From positions 124,001 to 188,000 of the forward strand of contig QPMI01000603.1 in NCBI GenBank assembly GCA_004431415.1: a stretch of DNA of 64,000 bases, written 5' to 3'. The notes beneath the pieces were generated by a model. That model saw nothing but the letters and a program-made list of their open reading frames with translations. It was not told where the DNA came from and ran no database searches. The DNA comes from Cyanophora paradoxa CCMP329. Its lineage: Eukaryota; Plantae; Glaucophyta. The position numbers and the translations under genes were made by a program. This document shows, one piece after another, positions 22,088 to 33,000 of this stretch; the first letter of the stretch is position 1, and each line of letters starts with the position of its first letter.

Positions 22088-25000
22088 CTGCCAGAAGGTC
22101 AGTTCCAGGGGCCAGCGGGAGGAGCCGAGGCCGATGCGCCCAGAGTAGAAGATGTGGGACGGGAGGCTAGAAAGCGGGAAAGAGGTGACGGCGGCGGGGC
22201 GGGGGGGGAGGCGAAGCTCCCCGAGGGCCACCGACCAGGTGGTGCTGGGCTGGGAGGGGAGCAGGAGGCCCAGAGGGCCGGACGCTGGGAAGCGTCGGAG
22301 GGAAGCGATCAGGGCCGCGCGCAGCCGGGAGTCGACCGTAAGGACGGTCGGGGCGCTCGCGCGGACGCTGCCAAGCCACGGATCGTCCTCGAAGGCGACG
22401 TGGTGGTGCTCGGCAAGCGGGGCGTCTAGGTGCGTGCGGCACCGCGAGAGGAGGGCCCGATGCAGCGACGGGGCGCGAGCGCCGTCGCGGGAACCGCGGT
22501 CGGCGAAGACGTTGGCCGCGCCGGGCAAATGGCGGGCGGAGATCGAGACGCCGAGAGCCGCGCAGCGGTGCCAGAGGCGAGCGCTCAGGTCAAAGAGGCG
22601 GGCCGAACCGCCGCCCCGAGCGACTGCCGCGACGGCGGAGCGGTTGTCGCAGCGGATGAGAACGTGCGCACCCACCGGAAGGGCGGGGAAGAGCTCGTCC
22701 GCGGCGGCCACGATCGCGCGAAGCTCGCGTTCGTTGCTGCTGGTCTCGCCGCGCCGCATGGGGCCCTCGCTCGCGCGGAGTTCGGGGGGGAAGGTGCCGA
22801 AGACGGACCACGCGGGGCGTTGGCGGACGGCCGTGGGTCGGCGGACTCGAGCTGATCGAGGAAGGCGGCGTAGCCGTAGCCGGAGGCGTCCGTGAACAGC
22901 CGGAAGAAGGTCCGAGGCGTCCAGATGGGGTGCGCCGGGCGCTCCGGGCGTTGGAGGGCCGCTTGGAGCCAGCGGAGGCAGTCGAGTGCTGGGCCTTCGA
23001 TGGTGACGGCCGACTGATTGAAGGGGTCGGCGAGGGCGTCCGAGGTCGACATGAGGCCGAAAAGTGGCCGAGTCATGAGACGAACGGCCGGGAACGCCAT
23101 GCGCAGCGCGATGAGTGAGCCCGCCAGCTTTTGCAGATCGCGAGCCGACGCCGTGAGGCCGCGGGGGCCGGGCGCCCGGTCGAGGACGCCGGCGAGGCGG
23201 GCGAGCGTTTTTGCGACCTTCTTCGGGGTCACCGCGAAAACGCCGCGGTCGGGACGGACGTCGATCTCGATGCCGAGGTACTCGGTGCACTGGGTCGGTG
23301 TGAAGTCGGACTTTTCCGAGAACGTAATGCCTAGCTCGGGCGCGCAAGCACGTAGGTGCTGGGAGACGAGCTCCGCGATTTCGCGCGACGGGCAGATGAA
23401 CAGGCCGTCGTCGATGTACGTGCAGAGCTTCACGCCAGCGCTGCCCAGTACTTGGCAAAGGCGCGCGTGACCTTCGTGAAGGCGAAGCAGGCGATGTTCA
23501 CGCCGAAGCAAAGGGCCTGGTAAATGTAGAGTTTGCCGCGCCAACGGAACGCCAGGAGGCGCTGGGTGTCCTTGTTCAGGGCGATGTGATAGTAGCCTTT
23601 TTTAAGGTCGAACTTCACGAGCCAGCAGCCGGGGGTGAGGTAGGACGCAACCTCGTCCAGTGTTTGGTACCGGAACGTCGGCAAGCGGATGAACGGGTTC
23701 ACGGGGGTGGCGTCGAGGCACAGGCGGAACTTGTCTGGGCCGGCCTTGTCGACCACCAAGAGCGAAGACTCGTTAACGACGAGCTGTTTGTCTTCCTCGG
23801 TGGCAAGGCGGGTGACGCCGAGGCGCAGCATCGCCGCGACCTCGCTGTCCACGAAGGCTTCGTGTTCTGGGGTCCGGTGGCACGAGGGGCGTGGGCCCTC
23901 GGCGCGCGTGCGGGGAATGTCTGCTAACGACGCTGCCGGCGTGCCGTCGGCGTGCTGGAGTGGGAGGCGCAAGCCTTTGCGCAGGATGAGGCCCACCCAC
24001 GAGGGGACCGTCGTGTCAGCCCGCCGGAAGTAAGCCCGCCAGGCATGCGCGTAATGCTGGAGTTGCCCCGCCCGAAACTTCTGTGCGGCCGCCGCGAAAT
24101 CGTACGGGCCGGGGTCCCCGTGTGCAGCTACGAGTGCTCGCAATTTTGCGAATGGGTCGCGCACAAAGACACGCGGTGTACTCGAGGGTACAGACAGCGG
24201 TACAGGCGGCGGACGCGACTGGTCACAGTCTACTGGAAGGGTCGTGGCGGGGGGAACGGCTGGCACGGGGGGCCCCTTGCGGTCGGCGGCAGCCGCCGGA
24301 GGGGGTGTCGCCGCAAACACCCGCGCCAGGAGTGGAAGCGGCTCAGCCGTCGGCCGGCGGCTGCGGCTTGCGCCGGGGGGGCCGCTGGACGGCGCCGCCG
24401 CGGCCTCCGCCCCGCTGACGGTGGTGGGGTTGGGGCTGGGCCGGCTGGGCAGTCCCGTACTGCCGCCGGGCCTGCTTCCAGGCGCGCCCGCGCTGCTGGC
24501 CGCGGTGGGTTGGCCCGCCGGAGCCGGGGTCCTCGACGTCACCGTCGTCGTCGTAGGAGAAGGTCGCGACGCCGCCGTAGGAGTGGGCTGACCGAGGGTC
24601 GGTCCGGGCGGAGGAGCAGGTGGGGCGGACGGACCGGCCTGCGAGGCCTGGGAGAAGAGCGCCGCATGGGAGAGTGTGGGGCGAGTGGGGGCCTTGTCCG
24701 GGCGGGGCTGCGGAAGCTCCGTGCGAGCGAGCGGTGGCATCATGAAGAAGGAGCTCCGCTTGCGGCTCGTCCGGCCGTAGGACGACAGTAGCTCCCGTGG
24801 CTCCGTCCACGCGCTCACGCTGTCTTGCAGCCGCTTGAGGAGACGCTTGAAGAGCGGGTCGTCCTCGAGGCAGGCCTGGAGCACCGCCGACGTCTGGGCG
24901 ATGTCCCGAAGCTTCTTGTAGACCGGGCGGGTGAGGGCGTTCCAGTCCGTCAGGAGTTGGCCGAGGGGCCGGTCGGGCCGCCGGGTAGGCGGTTGATGAC

Positions 25001-28000
25001 GTCGCCGACCTGGTCGAACGCCGCGATGGCCTGGCGGAGTTCCGAGTTGCCCATGTCGCGCAGCACCAGGCCGTGGGAGAAGCGCGCCAGATCGCGCATG
25101 CAGGCGATGCCGTACTTGGCAAGAGCCGTGGTGATGCGCTCGTCGGGGAAGGGTCGCTGCTGACTGTCGCCGGGGAAGACGGCGTTGTCGAAGCACGACT
25201 CGATTTCCTTGATACGGGCGGCCAAGTCCGGGACGCGGGCGGAGTTGTCGACCGCCGTGGAGGGAATGTTGAGCTTGGCGAAGGCCGTCTCGCGCAGCGT
25301 GAGCTCGGGGAGGCCCTCGTAGACGAGGGGGGGCTCGGCCGGTGGCGCGGCCTTCTCTGCCGCCGTCGCCTTGGCCTGGGCGGTGGCGCCCTTCGCCTTG
25401 TCGTCGCCGCGCGCCTTCTTGGGGGCCGGAGCCTCTGCAAAAAGGCATGTCGGCCGGGCTGTGGCCGACCGCGGAAAACAATCAGCGCGGACCGAGGGGA
25501 GCCTTCTCCTTGGCGTGGCCGCGCGTCGCCTTGCCGCTGTACACTGGGCAGCGGATTCTGCACGATCCCGGGTCAGTGTGACGGAGGGAGGGTTTGGGCT
25601 GCGGCGGCCACGAGTCCGTACCGGACTCGGAGGGAGCGTCGACGTGGGGACTGGCGTCCTGCGGCGTCGAGGTGTCGTCCGAGTCCCAGTCGCCGGCCCA
25701 GTCGTCCTCGCCGGCGGGTTCGTCGCCGGGGGCGTCGGATTCCGCCTCGTCCTCCATCTCTGCGTCGCTGGGGACGAACGGTCGGGCGCGGGTGGAGGAT
25801 GAGGTCGGGGCTGCTCTGTCGGCGCTGCGGCGGCGGGCGGGGCGAGCTTCTGCGCGGCCTGGGTGGCCCCGCGGCTGCCGGAGCGGGCGGCGGGGACCCC
25901 ACGGGGGCCGGCGGCGAGTGGCGCGGCGGTGTGGGGAGCGGCCTGCCGGGGCGGGAGCTGCGGGCCGGCGGGCGGCATCCGGAAGCCGGGGTCGGCGGGG
26001 CCGAACCAGTCGGTCTGCGGGCCCCCGAAGCCCGGGAACATGCCGGCGCCGTGGTTGGCGGTGCCGGAGGAGGGCCAGGGAGCCGCGAAATGCGGGGGCG
26101 CCTGGACGACCCAGCCCGCTGGCGTGACCGTGGAAGCGGCCGAGTAGCGGGGCTGCTGCTGGTGCTGCAGGAACGGGGACGGAACTCCCGCGGGCCAGAA
26201 CGGGGGAGGCGGGCCGCCGCCGGCCATGCTGGCGAGGCCGGCTTGCAGCATGGACGCCGCGAGCGCCTGCGGGTTGGCCGGCGGAACGGGCGGCAGGTCG
26301 GAGACCGCGGGGCCGGGTTCGGCGTGGGAAGGTCGCGGGTCTCGGCGAACTGCAGGGCCTTGTCGCGGTCGGCTGCGGTGAAGTGGGCCGGGTCAGAAAG
26401 TCGGGCCAGGCGAATCTCAAGGGGGTCGCCTAGGCGGGGGTGAGCCGCCGGGGAGGCCAGCGGGCGCGTGGACGGACCGGTCTTGGCCTTGCGGCTCTTG
26501 GCGGGTTTGGGTGGCGGGGCCTGTGCTTCCGCCTCCTCGGCGGGTGAAGGCGGGGCGTCTGACTCGCCGCCTTCGTCGGCTGAGTCTGCGGGCGCCGGGG
26601 GGGCCTTCGGGGCCGAGGCCGCGGTCGCCTTGGTCCGCTTAGGCGGGCGGGTCGACCGCGAGGCGCGCGGGCGGTCGACGTCGTCGTCCGCGTCCGCGTC
26701 GGCGGTGTCGGTGTTCCGGCCGCAGCCGCCGGCTTGGCAGGCGCGGGGCGGCGCGGAGGAGCGAGGCCGGTGGGCGGGGCTGCCCCTGCGCGGCGGGGTG
26801 GGCGGCGGTAGAAAATGAGCGGGGGTGGGTAGCGCACCGGCGCGCTTCTGGGCCGGAGGGGGTGCCGAGGGGGCCGCGGCCGCTCCATGTGCCACCTTCG
26901 GAGCCCGTGCTCGCTGCCCGCGAAAAAAGAAGCATCGGCAGCGAGCGTGGGCGAGGCGAGAGGGGGTAATGTGTGCGCGGACCGACTTGGGGTCCGCTGG
27001 GGGTGCGCTGGCGGTGGCGGCGGTGGCAGCGTCGGCGTCGCCCGAGGCCGCGGCGCCGCGGCGTTTTCGCGCGGCCTCCGCCGCCTTCAAGATGTGGGGG
27101 AAGTACAGGCTGACGGCCTTGTGGGCCGGCTGGTCCCAGTCGCGCAGCACCGCGGAGGCGTCCCAGTGGGCCGGGTGGAAGCCGCAAGCGCGAGAGAAGT
27201 CGGCGAACGAGAACTGCGAAGCGGGCGACCGCTGAGTGCGCTGGCGTGCAGCGAGCGCGCGGCGGGCGGACTTTTCCGAAGGGGACGGTGCCGACTGTCA
27301 GGCCGCCCGGAAGAGATGCCGGCCACTCGCGTTTTGGAGAGACGCGGGCCGGACCGGGGGCCAGGCCGAAGGCGGCGACGATGTCGTTGCGCAGGATCTT
27401 GCGGTGATCGCGGGAGAGCGCCTTGCTTTTCTCGATGAAGGTGACAAGCAAGGGCCGGAGCCAGCCGTGGGCGTCGGCTACCGCCGTCTTGGAGTACTTG
27501 GGGACTGACTCGGGGGACCAGGCGTAGAGCTGAGTGAGCGCACCGAGCGCCGTCACTTTTTCCCAGGGTTCGAGGGCCGCCCAGTCACTGTGGAGGGTGA
27601 GGGGCGCGGCACGGTGAGCGAGGAGTGGCGTACCGGCACGGAATGTCGTCGTAGTAAATCGGGAACCCTCGCGGGAGGCCGACAGGGATGGTGCCGTACT
27701 TGTAGCCGTAGAACTCCGTGACCTCGAGGCAGGTGGCGCCGAAGGTAGCCAGGAGTACGGCGGCCGACTCGCCGAAGCGGAGTACCGCCTCGTTGAACAG
27801 CTCCCGCGGAACCGAGTCGCGCACCTCCGAGTAGTCGCTGGCGATCGCGGTTAACGCGTGACGTCGAGAGGCGGGGCATGCGGACATGTAGCCAGGGCTG
27901 GTGGGGTCGGAAGAACACGGGGCGACGGCGTAGAAACTAGCCTCGTCGACCGCGAAAGCGATGATCGGGACGAGAGAAGTGACCAGCATGGTTGACGCGT

Positions 28001-28218
28001 CCGCCGGGCGAGACTGTCAGGCCGTCGGTTAATAAGCGAGCGGGGGGTCATGCAGGCGTGACGGGGGCGGCCCACCATGAGACCGCCGTCGAGCGTGCCG
28101 CTGGAGAGGAACGGGGGGAAGATCCCGCCGTCGTCGCGCAGTCGCCGCAGAAGAGGAGGCGATGCGGTTCGGGCGCGTGGCGCCAGTAGTCGATGATCAT
28201 GGAGGCGGACACGCTCAT
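22085..28218 (-). CDS. Spliced ORF1/gag-RT-RNaseH-(degenerate MTase) polyprotein, about 1,900 aa, 8 predicted exons
   Basis: RT motifs KFRLCLD, KFDLKKGYYHI, QALCFG, TYIDD and EYLG. RNaseH motifs LFTDASGYG, NERELRA, IRCDN and HLPGAANVFADRGSR. Upstream ORF fragments join through GT-AG introns (first 28075-28014, last 25492-25435). Several homopolymer indels. Confidence 0.8.
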
Positions 28219-28384
28219 CGCCTTGCTGCCGCTGCCGGCGTCCTTATCTGCGCGGGGCCGTGTCAGCCGGTGTGTTGCGGCTGCGGCGTGGCGGGGGAGG
28301 GGCGGGGAGGCTAGATAGAGGAGCGCGGTGCGGCGCGCGTCGACTCTCGCGGGGTCTGCCGTCGGAGCCGACGGGGAACGCCGC

Positions 28385-29030
28385 TGCCTCGCCGGTGCGC
28401 GCGCCGGGCTCCGCCGGGGCACCGCGCGGGAGAGGACGGAGCACGTAACTGTGACTCAACGTCCCGCGGGGCTCGCCGGCGTGCCGGGCGCGAGCTTCTC
28501 CGCCTTCTCGCCAGTGCGCGCGCCGGGCTCTGCCGGGGCACTGCGCGAGGTGGGACGGAGCACGCGGCCCGTGCATCTACGTCCCGCGGGGCCCGCCGGC
28601 GCGCCGGTGGGTCGCGCCGCCTTCCTGTCGATGTACGCGCCGGCTCCGCCGGGACATCACACAGGGAAAAAAGGAGGGGAGCGGAGCACGCGGGCGTGCC
28701 TGGACGCTCTGCGGGGTTCGCCGGCGCGCCGGCCGCGAGCCTCTCCGCCTTCTCGCCAGTGCACGCGCCGGTCTCCGCCGGGGCACTGCGCGAGGTGGGA
28801 CGGAGCACGCGACCCGTGCCTCGACGTCCCGCGGGAGACCCCGGCGCGCCGGTGGGTCTCGCCGCCTTCCTGTCGATGTACGCGCCGGGCTCCGCCGGGA
28901 CATCGCACAGGGGAAGAAAGCGGAGCACGCAGTCGTGCCTCGACGCTCTGCGGGGCTCGCCGGCGCGCCGGCCGCGAGCCGCTCCGCCTTCCTGCCGGTG
29001 TGCGCGCCGGGCTCTGCCGGGACACCGCGC
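28385..29030 (-). repeat. GC-rich tandem repeats in the leader of YR element copy 1
   Basis: About five to six related ~120-bp units, each with CGCGCCGGGCTCYGCCGGG and CGGAGCACG. Confidence 0.85.
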
Positions 29031-29708
29031 AAGGTATGATGATGGCGGCCGCCGAGGTCCTGGAGCGCCACCGTTTTTGGCTCTCTCGCTCGGTGGCCGC
29101 CGTCATCTGCGCCGCGCCGCCGGCATGTCAGGCAGGGCATGGCGGCGCGGGTGTGGTCGGGGCGGCTTCGAGGCGGAGTTCGTCGCGCCCGTCATCGCCG
29201 CGTCGACCCAGCCGTCGCGAGGCCATGCGCGAGATGCGTAAGTGTGCGTCGCGACGGAATCGAGAAGGGGAAAACAAAGAAAAGGAAGGGCTGTCGGGCT
29301 CAGACACTTAAACGAGCGAGACTCTTCTGAGATAGTGCTCGGGCTAGGGTTCTAAGTGCACGGCCGCGGTTGGCGGCACGGCCCCGAGATAGCCGGTCGA
29401 AGATCTTCTAACCGACGGGCGGCCGGGCCGAGAACGAGCGTACCGGGCTTTAGGAAGCCCCAGTTGTAAGAGTCCAAGAGCGACTGAGAGGATCCGTCGG
29501 ACTGCCAGGGCATCATCCAGGAAGACTGAACGCCGTCAGGCCACGGATCGAGCAAGGTTCGCTGGATCGCGCCCGCCGCAGGGGATTTGGAGAAGAAGCG
29601 CTGAGCTAGCTTGCTCCACTGCAGGCTGGCGTGGCCGGTCGGCGGAATCGCCGATTCGGGTGCGTTCGGCTGCGTCATGCTGAACGCAGGTGGTATGAAC
29701 TGGCTGTG

Positions 29709-30023
29709 GCGATTTCGCTTCGCCGCTGGGTGCCTGGTCAAGCTGGCAACCAAGGACGAAGTTATGCCGAAGGGCAGCCGAAGGAATGGCCGCACCCCGG
29801 CCTTCGTTCGCCTCAGGGCGCGACCGAATCAAATTCTGAGTTCTCCCCGGAGTCGGTGCAGAACTCGAATTCTGCTATACCGTGCTCGAGGCCCGGACCC
29901 GTCGCTTAGGCCGGTCCGGTCGCTCGGTCCTTCTAGCTAAGGTAGGCAGTTGGCGCTCTGGCTTCTCTTCTATTCATTCCGTCGGCGCAAAACTCGGTTT
30001 ACGCTTAATTGCGCAAACCCCGA
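29709..30023 (-). repeat. Split direct repeat A1 (5' end of copy 1)
   Basis: Matches A2; I noticed one substitution (CGCACC vs CGTACC). Confidence 0.95.
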
Positions 30024-33000
30024 GTGCTGGCGTTGCGTGAGAAGGTTCTGGAGTTGAGTGCGATCCTCGGGAAGGGCGTCGGGGTTCGACTCCGATGGTT
30101 TCAACAGGGCGTCCACCATCGCCTTGATGGTCTCGGGCGATGGCTTTGTAGGAGGCGCAGTGTCACTCGACGGGGGCTCCATTCGAGCGTCGGCATTGAC
30201 GGACGCGATGGGCACCGTGGGGCCGACTGCGGGGCCAACCAGCATCGGCTCGGAGTCGAAGCGGGCGAAGTGAGGCTCGAAGAAGCTGGCCAGCTCCATG
30301 AGCTCCTTGTCGTTGAAGTGATCGCCGGTTCGAGCAGTGTAAGGGGTGACGACACGTGCGACGTACGACATGAGACGCTCGCTGGCCTCGTGGGATAGCG
30401 GGATGTCGGCAGCAGCATCGACGGAGCCAACATGCGCCGCCTCGCCCTCCTTGCAGTTGGGTTCGGGCGGTCGTCGGTGGTAGACCTCCGGGTAGAGGCG
30501 TCGGGCTCGGGAGATGTAGCGCCGTGGTTGCGAGCGTCGGGGTACGACAACAGGCTTGAAGTTCTCATAGATTTGCGCGGCTACGGAAGAGATCGGGAAT
30601 GTCAGTTGTTGTTGAGGTGTCCAGGAGCTGTAACACCCCTTGGGGTAGGTCTCGACATTCTCGTGTGGACGGAATTCGGACTCCGGCCAAGTCCCGAATT
30701 CAGTCTCCGCAATCACAGTTCCGGCTCGCAGGCGGACAGGCCGCCTGTGAGGGTTGCAGATCTGCACGAAAAACGTGCCGTGTGCTGGGTTGCGGTGAAT
30801 TTGGTATGGCACCAAGAATTCGACTTCGTCGGCTCCGTCGAAGCCGTCGTCGTCGAGGAGGAGTGGTGGCGGAGTGAGGAGGACTTCCGGTGCGCCGAGA
30901 GTCGTGTTCGAAGTCGTTTGTGGCATGTAACATCGAACGAGCGATTCACCCGGCCGTACAGTGATGTCCTTCGCCAATCGGACCAGAACGCCGCCGTCGT
31001 GCTGGCCCGCAGCCGAAAAGGGACGTGGAATCGTTCGCCATCCGAGGAGTCAGGCGACGTGATCGTCATTCCCCAATTTGCTGGGTCGAGCACGATGTGA
31101 GCGTTGAGCGCCACCAGCGTTGTGAGGCCGAGTAGCATTGGAGTGTTGCCCATGAGACCAGGCGCGACGACGAGGACCTTCCGCGGAATTGTGACCGGAC
31201 CAACCTTAATTGCAATGAATGCGATGCGCGCATAGGCAGTCATGTCCGTTCCAAAGCCGGTGAGGTGCACGCGCGGAGCGTTGCTGTAGCGAAGGCCTGG
31301 CAGTTTGTCGGCGATACTGCCGTCGAGTACGTCCGCAGCGGCTCCTGTATCCACCAATGCCTTGGTGAGGAGGTATTGAAGGACTTGTCGTCGGTGATCG
31401 ATAGCGGCGATGTGCAAGTTGACGCAGATTCGGCCGTCGTTGATGCGCTCTCTGAGCGTGCGGTTCGTGTCCGTCATTCGCGCAATGGGGTGTGGTACTG
31501 ACGGGCCGCCGTCGCCGAAGAGGGGAACGTCAAGGGGGTCCTCGACGTCGTCAAATCCCAACATGCGTGCCGCGCAGACGCGAAGCGAGGCGAGGTAGCT
31601 CTGCTCATACGGTGTGCACGGTGTCGAACCGGAGATGACGCTGGCTGGCGGGAGCGGTGCCGTCCGCTTGAGGCGAGGTCGCTTCCGCGTGGTTGTCCGC
31701 CTGTGCACGTTCATGAGGACGTCCGTCGCGGCGAATGGGCGTGCCCTGCAGGGAGCTGCCGACAGACGCAGCGGGGGCCGGTGATTGCGCATTGTGGCTG
31801 AAAAGTATCCGACGCCAAGGATGGGCTTGCAGTCGGCGTTTGCGAGCTTGATGAGGTGGCGGTTGCTGGGCCAGCCATAGTGAATCTCGTTGATCGCGTC
31901 AACTTCGGTCCCCGCTGCGCCATCCCGTCGTTCAGCCGGCCGGTAGCCAGGCTCTCCGGGGGATCGGAACGGGATGGCTTCGCGGTGGCGCGAGAGAGAC
32001 GCCCGGAGATATTTGACGAGTTGGGGCCAAGCGTGGCGGAGGCGCGTGTCGCGTTGGAGTACGTGCCGCTCGTAGAAACGTGTCCGTTGAGCGTCATGAC
32101 TACGGAAGTCATTGTGGAGGACCACGTCCCACGCCGCGAGGCCGATTGAATTGAGGATGAAGGCCGCCCGAGTGAACAAGGCGCGAGTGAAAGCGAGGTC
32201 GGCTGACAGGCCCTGAGAGGTTGTGAAATCCCACCGAAAGTTCTCGATCTCGTGGAGCGTCTCCAGGATTGCGTGGGCGTTGAGTTGGTGAGACCGCTGA
32301 AGCGGCGACCAGTCGTACAAGTGATAACTGGCAGCGAATTCAGGGTCCTCGAAGGCACGGTGTCGCGCGGACGTGATCCGCTCGTAGTCCGGTCCCCGTC
32401 CAGAGTAGAGGAGCCAGCAGCCCATCGTGAGATCCGTCGACGTCCTGGGATTAGTGAGGTCGTTGTATGCGATCGTGTACGTGTGCTGCCGTGTGAGCGG
32501 TCCAAGGAGGCCGTGGGGGGCGAACGCGGACGACTGCACGCGCGAGGCTAGGCTCGGCGTCCCGGCCGACGGGGTCTCCGATGGAGCTACGGACTCGGCG
32601 GTGGAGCCACCACTGTCCGAGCTGGAGTCGTCGCCGTCAGAGGTTCCCGTCGTCTCGGTCCCCGTAGGACTACGACGCGGAGGCCTGTTACTGCCAGATG
32701 GCTTGAAGACAACACCCTGGATGTGACCGAAGCGTGCCAGTCCCGTCGGCTCGTTGGTGCGCAGATCCTTGAAGTCGGTCGACCAGACGACGAAGGGTCG
32801 GACAAAGGGCTTGCGCGCAATCCCAGGGTTCCGACGAATGTACTCGTCCGTGCCCACGAGCTTGATCTTGCCGTCGAGGCGCGGGTCCAAATGTACGCGC
32901 GCGACTCCTCTGCCTTCGTCGTAGTGATGTAGTTCATGATGTTAGTGAAGCGCGTGCGGCCTTCGTACGGGTCGACAGGCGCGCCGTGGGGGCCGTGACC

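Larger units (their letters stand above)
19510..30023 (-). mobile_element. Complete 10.5-kb tyrosine-recombinase retrotransposon with split direct repeats (PAT-like, order DIRS)
   Basis: Architecture A1-ORFs-B1-A2-spacer-B2, DIRS-type RT/RNaseH and YR, and no TSD beyond one shared base. Confidence 0.93.
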
